Of a stretch of DNA of 64,000 nucleotides, positions 11,396 to 23,398 are shown one piece after another (position 1 is the stretch's first letter; every line of letters begins with the position of its first letter). A model generated the notes under the pieces. That model was not told where the DNA came from. It saw nothing but the letters and a program-made list of their open reading frames with translations, and searched no databases. Source of the stretch: Octopus sinensis (lineage: Eukaryota); NCBI RefSeq assembly GCF_006345805.1, contig NC_042999.1, positions 37,076,001 through 37,140,000 of the forward strand. The letters are read 5' to 3'. Position numbers and translations under genes: made by a program.

Positions 11396-14300
11396 AATAA
11401 AATAGAACATATGCATATATATAAACATATATGTACGTACCTACCTCTACATGTACATATACACGCATATATGTGTACAGGACACCAAAAAGACGTCGAA
11501 CACATAGAGAGACGAAACACATAGACACAAACCAAGGAACAAGACAAGCAAAAAAAAAAGAGAGATACAGGACAATAAGCACAACGAAAAATCCCCTTCT
11601 TCAGTCGCTAAGGTTTCATCTACTAAACGTTTCGAAGGATAAAAGCGAGACGTATACTTCGAAGAAAACTTCCTTCCCGCGAAAAGCAAATCAATTAAAA
11701 TTCTGAGATCTTTTCGCAGAGGGGTAAAAAAAAGCAAGACGGTAATGACAGTACAAACATATAAACAGTAAAAAATATATATATAAATAGTGGGGTTCAT
11801 TTCTTCAGCTGAACCCTTTGCAGTGGTACTCAAGCCTTGCTGCATCCCCTTGAGTCACTCTGTATCTTCTGCAGAACCATTAGTACAACGGGGCTTATCA
11901 AACAGTGTTTATTGTCTGAATTATGTATTACAGCATTTTATGTGTAAATTTTTTAATCTTGGCGCTAATTGCAGACCGTCTTGCTCTGCTCTTCATGCAT
12001 GGAATTATTGTATCCACTGCAGATGAATCTGGTTTTCTTGTCCTTTGATCTGGGGCAATTGAAACATCTCTTGCATTGTGATGAACGATTCTGGGTGGTG
12101 CTTCTGGTAAAATTCCACAGCAGCAAATGATCTGTTTCACATCTTGAGATGTTTGAAGTGACTCCAATCTGTGCTGTGCGTGCAGAGTGGTCAGTGAAAT
12201 CGATAACCAAAACATGTAATCATAATAATAATAATAATAATAATGGAGACAAAATTGCAAGAGTGTAAACGGGTAATAAGAACATGAAAAAAATTGGGTG
12301 GAATATTTAATCATAAAATCTGACTGTTTGGATTACCTAGTGTTTTGAATAAGGCTGGGGTCATATTGACCCCATGGTACCAGTTAAGGGTTAAATGATG
12401 ATGGTGTTTGTGAGTCGTGAGAATTGATTGAGCAAGAGAAATGACAAAAAGATCTTAAATTTTATTTCAATGTTTGAAATTTTGCCTTTCTCTTTTCATA
12501 CCTAAAATTCATAAACCGACCCCAATTTTAGAGTAAAGCAATGCTAAATTTCAATGTATATTTTTGCTTTTTAGGGTGCCAAATTATTCTATTTATCTGG
12601 AGTAGTGAATGAAGAATATCAAAGTCAGGAAGTTCATAATCTTTGCAGATTTATTTCTATTATGAAATTCCGTCCTCTGCAGTGGAAAATCAGTCATCCC
12701 TATTTGCTTGTTGACAGGTCAGTTTGATATTTCTTAAGTAATTAATTAAACTGTATTGAAATGAAGATGCCTAAAATCCTGATTGGGCATTGTTTTGGAT
12801 TTGTTGAGATCTTTGGGATATAACTACCCCAGGCCACACATGCAACACACAGATACAAGCATTCATAGACAGATAGATTGATACACACACTCACGCACAC
12901 ACACACGCACTCACTCACTCACTCACTCTCTCTCTCACTCACTCAGAATATCTGGCCTTTTTTCCTGGCTGAAGAGTCATAATTCTTCTTAACTCTCTCT
13001 AGCAGAATATCTGGCCTTTTTCCTGGCTGAAGAGTCGTAATTCTTCTTAACTCTTTAGCATTTAAACCAGCTGTATCAGGCCCAAATATTCTGCCTATTT
13101 TATGTTCATACTGGCCAGATTCATCTTACTCTACAACATCATTCTAAAAATAAAATCACATCAAAATCTCAAAGCTATAAGACAACACATGATTAATTCA
13201 AGACAATGTGAATAAATAAACATTACATTTGACAGAGTAATCTGAATGCTGAAGTGTTAACAGATGCATATTTGGTTTATTAGCACACTATTGAAACTCT
13301 TTGGAAAAGTTATGTAAGAAAATTTCATGTCTATCTATCTATCTGCTCAGTCGAAGTCGACTCTCGGTTACTCGTTGGATCAGTGTCCTCCAGTCAGTTC
13401 TATCCTGGGCCACTTCTTTCAGATTGGCTATGTCCATTCCGGTATCACTCTTGATGGTGTCAAGCCAGCGGGTTCTTGGTCGGCCTCTTCCTCTCTTGCC
13501 ACTGACCATTCCGAGCATGATGTCCTTCTCCAGGGATTTTCTCTGCAAAATATGACCGAAATATGCCAATCTATGCTTGGTGATCTTTTCTTTTCATGTA
13601 AGAAATGAAATTATCCTATGTTTATAGTAGTCTGGCATTTAATGTGCTATGCTTATTGATACACACACATAATATAATGGGATATTTCACAATTTAAATG
13701 TATAATTGGTATATATCTAATTGAGGAAATGAAGGTGCATGGCTCAGTGGTTAGAGCATCAAGCTCACAATCATTAGGGAATTAATTTGATTCCCTTTAT
13801 TTCACATTGCTCCAGTTCACTTAGCTGTAGGAATGAGTTGCGACATCATTAGTGTCAAGCTGTATTGACCTTTGCCTTTCCCTTGGATAATGTCAGTGGT
13901 GTGGAGAGGGTGGACTGGTATGCATGGGTGACTGCTGGTCTTCCATAAAACAACCTTGCCTGGACTTGTGTGCCTCAGAGGGGAATTTTCTAGGTGCAGT
14001 CCCGTAGTCATTCATGACCGAAGGTGGTCTTTTTAATTGAGGGTAAGGATTCATTGTAAGTTCAATGGCAGATTGTCTACAAGTTGAATCTATTATCTGT
14101 TTCATGGGGGGGGGTATTTATATGAGTATATGACTGTTTTATGAAAATGCTTATTAATATGAATTAATGCATTTTTCTAATAACAGATATTTTATGAGTT
14201 TAAATGTCGTTATTGCATATATTCATTCTTGAGGGGAGTGATTTTGGGAATATACTTTTACTGCGGAAGTTACATAGATAAATAGTTCACACTGTAAAGT

Positions 14301-17300
14301 GGTTGGCTTTAGGAAGGGCACTCAGCTATAAAAACCATGCCAAAGTAGACATTAGAGCTCGATGCAGTCCTTGGACACATTGGTCTTTTCCAATCCATGC
14401 TAGCATGGAACATGGATGTTAAATGATGATGGTTCTATTTTATTCAAATTTCATGGTGATTATGCAAAATAATGGAATGAATGATAAAATTCTTAAAAAA
14501 CTGCTTTTGTATATTTGGGATAGGGTACATGTAAGCAATAATAATACTAATTGTTTCAAATTTTTGCACAAGATCAGCAATTTTAAGAGAGCTGGTAAGT
14601 TGATTATGTCAGCCCCAGTGTTCAACTGGTACTTATTTTATTGACCCTGAAAGGATGAAACGATCCCAGCAGAATTTATATAATAATAATAAAATTATTG
14701 TATACAGTGCTCAGGTGCACCACAACTTGTCAGAAAGTGCATATAAAGTACATGCAGTAATGTAGAAATGTCTGGAAAGCGAACAATGTATGAGTCAGAT
14801 ACATGCTTGTGTGTGTATGGAGGGGAGAAAATCAAGTGTAGTGTTGGCGAATCTCAGGAAGCATGGAAGTTTTGAAGGATGTAGTGCTCCGACAACTAAC
14901 AACTGATGACGGCACTTTGTTCCATGCTTCAGCAACTCTCAGCATGAAAAAATGTTTCCTGAAGAACCCCAAACGTAAAGAACTGGATGAAATGCTTCTA
15001 AGTATTTCGCCAAATTCGCTAACAATCAATAGTTTTGTTTAATATTAACAGACGTAACGTTACTTGATGTAACATTACTCCAACAGTGGCAAAATTATAT
15101 TCCTAATGTTACCTGGTATATGACAGGAAATACTCTAGTTAGTAAGTAACCAAGTGAGATTAATCTAACAAGATCAGTTATTTCCCTTCGGGACACAAAC
15201 ACACACGCACACACAAAGAAAAGTAGATAGATCAATAGAGAAAGAGAGAGTGAGACTGCTAATTACATCATCATCATCATCATCGTTTAACGTCCGCTTT
15301 CCATGCTAGCATGGGTTGGACGGTTTGACCGGGGATCTGGGAAGCCAGAAGGCTGCACCAGGCTCCAGTCTGATCTGGCAGTGTTTCTACAGCTGGATGC
15401 CCTTCCTAACGCCAACCACTCCGTGAATGTAGTGGGTGCTTTTTACGTGCCACCGGCACAGGTGCCAGGCGAGGTGCACTACAATTCATTGGGAAGGTTA
15501 AAAGAAGAGACAGAAAGTAGACATAAGTTAAAGAAGTGATAGCTAGTAGTACATTTACAGTTCATGGAATAAAACAAAAAGACTAAGTATATATTAAAAG
15601 AGTATAACGAGGAATGGTGCATAAACATGCTAGGAATAGCGTTGGCAAATTTTATGAAGCATGAAATTTTTGAAGGATGCAGTGTCTTGACAGCTAACCA
15701 CTGACTGGGTAATCTCAGCATGAAAATATGAGCGCGTGCTGTTTTTTGAGTTTTATAAGCATATCATCCACAAGTGGTAGAAATATTGAATTCAAAAAGG
15801 TGGCCAAAATTGTTGTTGGAAAGATTGGACATAATCTTGTGGGCTTCTATCAAGTCAGCTGCTAATTGTCATAAATTTAGTGTCCTGATGCCTAGAGAAG
15901 CAAAACTTCCAAGATATAGTAAGTGACAGACAGACGGTATTTGTCTGGTTACATATCTCTGAACAGCTTCATCATCATCATCATCATCATTTAAAGTCCG
16001 CTTTCCATGCTAGCATGGGTTGGACGATTTTGACTGAGGGCTGGCGAACCAGGCTCCAATCGTGATCTGGCAGAGTTTCTACAGCTGGATGCCCTTCCTA
16101 ACGCCAACCACTCTGAGAGTGTAATGGGTGCTTTTTACGTGCCACCAGTCAGGCGGTACTGGCAATGACCTCACTCGAATCTTTTTACTGGTGCCAGTGA
16201 TCTTCCAGCATAGGAATGTTTTGGATAAGATGGAGTTTCGGATAGGAGATACAAACTGTAAATGTGGATGTAACACATCCATATGAATCTTTAAATAGGG
16301 AGCTGGTGAGTGACTGACCAACGGCTAACTCAGTGATGTTAAAACACCTTTGATCTTTTGGACAATTTTAGAAATCTGATTCATCCAACACAGATCATTG
16401 TTAACAGGGAATTCGCAGTAAATTACTGTTTGTAAATAAATTTTATTTTAATTTTGTTTCTATTTTACTTTATCTTCCCTTCCTATTATAGATAGGGTTA
16501 TTTTTCTCAGGTGGCACATAAAAAACACCCACTACACTCTCGGAGTGGTTGGCGTTAGGAAGGGCATCCAGCTGTAGAAACACTGCCAGATCAGACTGGA
16601 CCTGGCGCTGCCTTCTAGCTTCCCAGATCCCAGTTGAACCGTCCAACCCATGCTAGCATGGAAAACGGACGTTAAACGATGATGATGATGATTCAACTAT
16701 GAAGTAGTTGAGGGGCTTCTTTTCCAGTTATGCAAACGAAAACGAGCAGGATTATGTCCCTTGCTCAGTTACACTTTAGTAATAAAAAGTTTCAACATAA
16801 TTTCTCTCTCTCTCTCAAGTTGAATAAAATTCATGGCTGTGAGGTTAGTAGTTTTAACTTCATAACTTTATAGGAACGGTCTATTTTGTGTCACTTTTAG
16901 CAACATATATTTGGTAATGTTTTATTTGATAATTGAAACATGTTTATATTTTACTGTTCACAGATTAGAAGACATTACGAACAGAGAATCTTTGAGAGTC
17001 AACCCTAAATGTGATAGAAACGTTTCTTTGTATGGATATTTACGTGGAACTCCCATGAAAAACACAACAAAAGTTCATATCCCAGGTATACTGTCTATTA
17101 ATATATACACACACATCATCATCATCATCATTGTTTAACATCCACTTTCCATACTAGCATGGGTTGGACGATTTGACTGAGGGTTGGCGAACCAGTTGGC
17201 TGCACCAGGCTCCAATCTTGATCTGGCAGAGTTTCTACAGCTGGATGCCCTTCCTAACGCCAACCACTCCGAGAGTGTAGTGGGTGCTTTTACGTGCCAC

Positions 17301-18872
17301 CAGCACGGGGGCCAGTCATGCAGTACTGGCAACGACCTCGCTCAAATGTTTTTTCATGTGCCATCGGCTCAAGTGCCAGTAAGGCGACGCTGGTAACGAT
17401 CATGCTTGAATGGTGCTTTTTACGTGCCACTGGCACGGAAGCCAGTTAGCTGCTCTGGCAACGATCACACTTGGATGGTACTCTTAGTACCCTACTAGCA
17501 CGGGGCACAAGTGCCAGTAAGGCGATGCTGGTAACGATCACACTTGAATGGTGCTTTTTACGTGCCACTGGTACGGAAGCCAGTTAGCCACTCTGTCAAC
17601 GATCACACTCGTATGGTGCTCTTTGTGCCCCGCTAGTACGGATGCCAGTCATCGAATTTGATATATTAATATACTGTCTATTAATATACACACACATGAT
17701 TGGTTTCTTTCAGATTATCTACAATGTCCACTCACAAGGCTTTGGTCAGTCTGGGGCTATACTATAAGACATGTGATTGGGATACAACCTCTCTCTCTCT
17801 ATTTATTCTTATTCATACCTCTCTCTCTTTCTCTCTCTCTATCTAGTCCATGTGTATGCATGTGAATGTTGACAGTTTATGGCTTTGCTTGTTCTCAGCT
17901 GAGCAAAATGTTCTTTCAATGTTTATATTCTGCATTGATGTTACAACTGGTTGCTCTGTGCTTTCAAAATCCAGTGGAATTTAAAAAAAGTAAAAATCCC
18001 TTGAAATACTAGTTAAAGGTTGATGACAGGAAGGTCATCCAGCTGTAAAATGAAGCATCAGATAAGTCTTTGTCCACCCTATGCTGACATGGAAAAACAA
18101 ATGATAGAATGAACAAAGTAGTTACCCTGTTCCTTTCAATTTGTTTTTTTCATTTTTGTATTTACAGGCTGTGGTGATTACTCTGTTGACGATGTACAAT
18201 TCTTGCCTGATCCCTGCCCAACTCCTGACATCTCGAAAAAGAGAACATTAAATGTTAAAGAAAGACCAATTTATGCTCCAATGTCAGGTGTCGGAGGAAT
18301 CATATATGACAAAGATGCCGTGTACATTGATATGGATCAAAACGATGACGCTAATAAAACTGATGAGCAGGTAATTAACAGGTTTACTCTGCATTGGAAT
18401 TGTTCGTATGTATGTTATTGATGGTAAATGAAACGCTTTTTTTTCCCTAAAAAGATGTCTCCAGAAATGACTGAGTCTGATATTTGAACTTGGGTTTCCC
18501 TTAACCTTTTCGTTACTATATTTCTGACCAAAATACACCCCTTATGTGTTTCAATTAATTTCTAACATAGTCATAAATTTAGTCTGGTTTCATTAAACAA
18601 CTATAACTTTTTTATTTATCAACATATTAATGTGATTTTTGGAAGATAATTTAATGAAAGGTTCTCAACCAATTCTATACCATAATTTTTGTCACAAAGT
18701 GACTCTAATTGCAGGTAGATACAGGTAAATTCAACAAAATATAAAATTATTAAAATTTTTGTTCAAACATCGCTATAGAAAATGGTAACGAAAGGGTTAA
18801 GCTTTAATGTGCTAAAAATTTTTTCCTGATTAAGTGCTATAGAAATTGAGTTCTATCTTTTATGCCATCAAA

Positions 18873-18918
<46 letters not shown>

Positions 18919-19118
18919 AACGCCATGTTGGATCGTTAGCCCCTACACGCAATTTTTTTCTCTCCTTGTTTCTTTTCTGTGTATCTTTCTGTCGAAGAGT
19001 GTAGGCTCGAAACGTAAAAGACTTGTTTTATTTCTATTCCTGAGCGCCATACTAATACATTTGTTTGTTTGTACTCCACCTGCCTTCGTCTTTTGTTTAT
19101 TTTTGTAAACCTTCCTGT

Positions 19119-19165
<47 letters not shown>

Positions 19166-19532
19166 CGGCAAGAAGTTAATGGAGGGGATCCAGAGGTAGT
19201 ATGCATCAACTGTTAGACATTATACTATCTCTATTTATTTTAAACAGTTCTGAGAATATGTATACATGTGTAAAGATTGTGTTTTACATATAAAGTACCA
19301 GTAATTTCTAGAATAGAGACAGAAGGGCAGTTTCTTATGGCTGTTTCTGCTATGAGGTTACAGTACCCCACATGTTATTTCCATCTGATCAGTGAACTGT
19401 AGTGATCGGTAGATAAAATTAGGGTACTTGGGTGTGCCTGTAGGCTTCGTCAGAGAGTTTAGAAGAGGGTCTAAGAAGTTCAGAGGGCTAATTTATGTAT
19501 ATATAAATATACATATGTACACTCACATATAT

Positions 19533-19566
<34 letters not shown>

Positions 19567-19743
19567 GCATCTATACATATACGCACATACACACATACAA
19601 TAGAATCAGTTATTAGTAGGTGTAGTACAATATTCTTATTAGAGAATAAGAAGGAAAATAAGGGTAGAATCAAAGTAAGCAATAAAGTTTGAGAGGAGTA
19701 CAGTTTTGTAGAAATGAAAAGGTATATGAAAGGAGAAATATAT

Positions 19744-19796
<53 letters not shown>

Positions 19797-22700
19797 CATT
19801 GAGCAAAAATTTAGATGCACCAGAATTTTGTATGGTGTTATCCATAAAAATTTATGGGGTGATTATAATCAAAATAAGCAACAAGAATGACTCCGGTAAT
19901 TTGGTACAATCGTTTCGTACTACATCATTTTATTAAATGTTGTAAGTATTACAACATTACTCAGCATCTTAAATCTGTTGTAATACTTGCAACATTTAAT
20001 AAAATGATGTAGTACGAAACGATTGTACCAAATTACCGGAGTCATTCTTGTTGCCTATTTTGATATATATATATATCATCATCATCATCATCGTTTAACG
20101 TCCGCTTTCCATGCTAGCATGGGTTGGACGGTTCAACTGGGGTCTGGCAAGCCCGAAGGCTGCACCAGGCCAGTCAGATCTGGCAGTGTTTCTACAGCTG
20201 GATGCCCTTCCTAACGCCAACCACTCTGAGAGTGTAGTGGGTGATTTTATGTGCCACCGACACAGGTGCCAGACGAGGCTGGCAGACGGCCATGCTCGGA
20301 TGGTGTTTTTTATGTGCCACCGACACAGGTGCCAGATGTGGCTGGCAGACGGCCACGCTCGGATGGTGTTTTTTATGTGCCACCGACATACATACATACA
20401 TACATACATATACATAGACACATATTTCATGCATTAGGAATGGTGGATTCCTGCAATGGTTCGTATTTTCCTTTCATATAAATATACACACATATATAAA
20501 CACAATATGTTTACAGTTGAGGACTTAAGATTGTGGTCCCCATTACGGGGGTGAAATTTTATATTAATAGTTATGATAGCAGTTGGTACTAAAGGTAGTG
20601 AATCTCCAGCTAGTGACCAAGATACTGTATTAGTTTCTGTTGCTTTTTGGTTAACAAGTTGCTGAATCCCTGTGGGTAATGGGGTGGGACTGACCATAAC
20701 CCTCTGCCCATTACCCACAGGGATTCACTTGTTACCCTCGCCCGTTTGTTATGTTCAGTAATGTAATTGCCACGCAATAACCAACACTTGTGTATTAATA
20801 ATTGGGTATTCTACCAGCAGTATATTGGATAGATACTATCCGTTAGTTGACTTACAACCTCTAACTCTTTGAATTATATATATATATATATATATATATA
20901 AACACACACACACATGCTCTCTCTCACTTTCTCCCCATTCATCACCCTCTTGTACTCTCTTCTATATACATCTATCCTTGATGAGGCCCACTATGGAATA
21001 TTGCTCAGACATTTGGAATAGTGCTGCTACTGCACACACAAACATCTTAGGCCACATCCAGAAAAGGACCACATAATTGATTGGCATAAAGTCACTCACA
21101 GACTCATTCTAGGCTTTGTCTCACTGGCAAGCTCTTTCCTCTCTCTACCTTTTCGTTTGACACTATATTAGCCTCTACTCCTCAGAGCTGGCTAAGTCAT
21201 GTTTCCCCCAACTTGGGCATTTCCAACCCACTTGTCTCTTCTCCAATCAGCTTTGTTGTGTCTCCCCACTCCGCAATCCCATGATAAACACTATGCCTAA
21301 TCCTTTCTTCCTAGAACATTGATCTTCTGAAATTGTCTCCCCGCTCATAAAAAGCACCATCCGACCGTGGCCGTTTGCCAGCCCCGTCTGGCACCTGTGC
21401 CGGTGGCACGTAAAAGGCACCCACTACACTCACGGAGTGGTTGGTGTTAGGAAGGGCATCCAGCCGTAGAAACATTGCCAGATCAGACTGGGCCTGGTGC
21501 AGCCTTCTGGCTTCCCAGACCCCAGTTGAACCGTCCAACCCATGCGAGCATAGAAAGCGGACGCTAAATGATAATGATGATGATGTTGTCATTGCTGTCA
21601 TCATCATCATCATCTAACATCTATTTTCTATGCTGGCATGTGTTGGATGGTTCCACAGGAATTTGCATATCAGAAGACCGCACCAATCCCTGCTGTCTGT
21701 TTTGGTATGGTTTCTGCAATGTTAGGGAAATGCCATTCCTAATGGCAACAACCACTTTACAGAGTGCAGTGGGTACTTTTTATGTAACAACAGAAGCAGT
21801 AAGGTTACTAAGAAACTTTGAAGACAAGACCCCTTCAACTGAGGCTGGTGGGGAGTCGTACTGTGGAACAGAAAAAAAGGAGTTATGCATTAGATGGGAA
21901 ACATGGCTACCTCAGGTGTAGAGAGAATGGAGAGAGAGAGGGGTAGGGAGGGAGGGGGAGAATGAGGGAGAAGATGAAACAGATGTGATAGGGAGTAGCT
22001 TATAAACTGGAGAGGGTGTGGGTAAGTTCACAAGATTTGCAAGAGGAGAATGGCAGATGGTGGGAAATCTAATGAGTAGTCATAGGTTGGGAGGCTATTG
22101 TGTACTAAAAAAGAAATGTTAGTGAAATTTTCATAAATACAAAACAACTTTAGCATAAACAAAATTGATTGCTGACAACACATGGTGTTTCAAGGAAAAT
22201 ACCTGTATTGGTTCTGTAAAATGCGTTATTACTATGAAAATATTTGATATTATCAAAATAATGATTATATAGGCGCAGGAGTGGCTGTGTGGTAAGTAGC
22301 TTGCTTACCAATCACATGGTTCTGGGTTCAGTCCCACAGCGCGGCACCTTGGGCAAGTGTCTTCTACTATAGCCTCGGGCCGACCAAAGCCTTGTGAGTG
22401 GATTTGGTAGACGGAAACTGAAAGAAGCCCGTCATATGTATATATGTATGTGTTTGTGTGTCTGTGTTTGTCCCCCTAGCATTGCTTGACAACCGATGCC
22501 GGTGTGTTTATGTCCCCGTCAATTAACGGTTCGGCAAAAGAGACTGATAGAATAAGTACTGGGCTTACAAAGAATAAGTCCCGGGGTCGAAGTGCTCGAT
22601 TAAGGGCGGTGCTCCAGCATGGCCGCAGTCAAAACGACTGAAACAAGTAAAAAAAAAAAAAGAAAAAGAGATAGTGTTGATGGAATATTGTAGCTGTAGA

Positions 22701-23348
22701 TTTACAAGAAGCACAGGTATCAAACTGTTGTTGTGAGGTAAAACAGCTCTTTTGCTTCAAATACTATCTGCACATTTTGAAACTGGTTTGAGGATGAATG
22801 TCTTTCCTTCATGGTGCTACAAACTAATCCCTAGTTGCTGTGAATGAATTGTATTTATATAGCTTCTAAGATTGACTAAAAGTTTGATTAATTTTTTATT
22901 CAGTTATTTGATTTGTAAAAAGTTAAACAATGGATTTTGAAACTATATCTGTATAATATTCATGCATTATACATGAGATCGCCATGATGATTCGCTAGCC
23001 CCTGCATGCATTTTTTTTCTCTCCTTGTTTCTCTCCGTGTTTCTTTTCTGTGTATCTTTCTGTTGAAGAGTGTAGGCTCGAAACGTAAAAGACTTGTTTT
23101 ATTTATATTCCTGAGCACCATACTAATACAATTGTTTGTTTGTATTCCACCTGCCTTCATCTTTTGTTTATTTTCATAAAGCTTCTCGTTAATATTCATG
23201 CATACCTGTGTAGTAAGAAGTTTGCTTCCCAGCCACATGATTTCAGGTTTAGTCCTAGTGAACTTTGGGCAAGTGTCTTCTAGTATAGCCTTGGGCCAAC
23301 CAAAAGCTTTGTGAGTGGACTTGGCAGATGGAAACTGAAGGAAACCTA

Positions 23349-23398
<50 letters not shown>

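Noticed and set aside
12944-13056. 59-bp local tandem duplication (also 30 bp at 62101-62160 and 22 bp near 7575-7620)
   Set aside because: Ordinary slippage duplications with no sign of function.
15303-15539. Recurrent MLAWVGRF...[16 protein letters not shown] family as a multicopy gene
   Set aside because: Antisense translation of the LINE 3' UTR; frames are not conserved between copies.
20434-20718. 94-aa minus-strand ORF as a nested gene
   Set aside because: No recognisable motifs or splice context; the length is within chance expectation.
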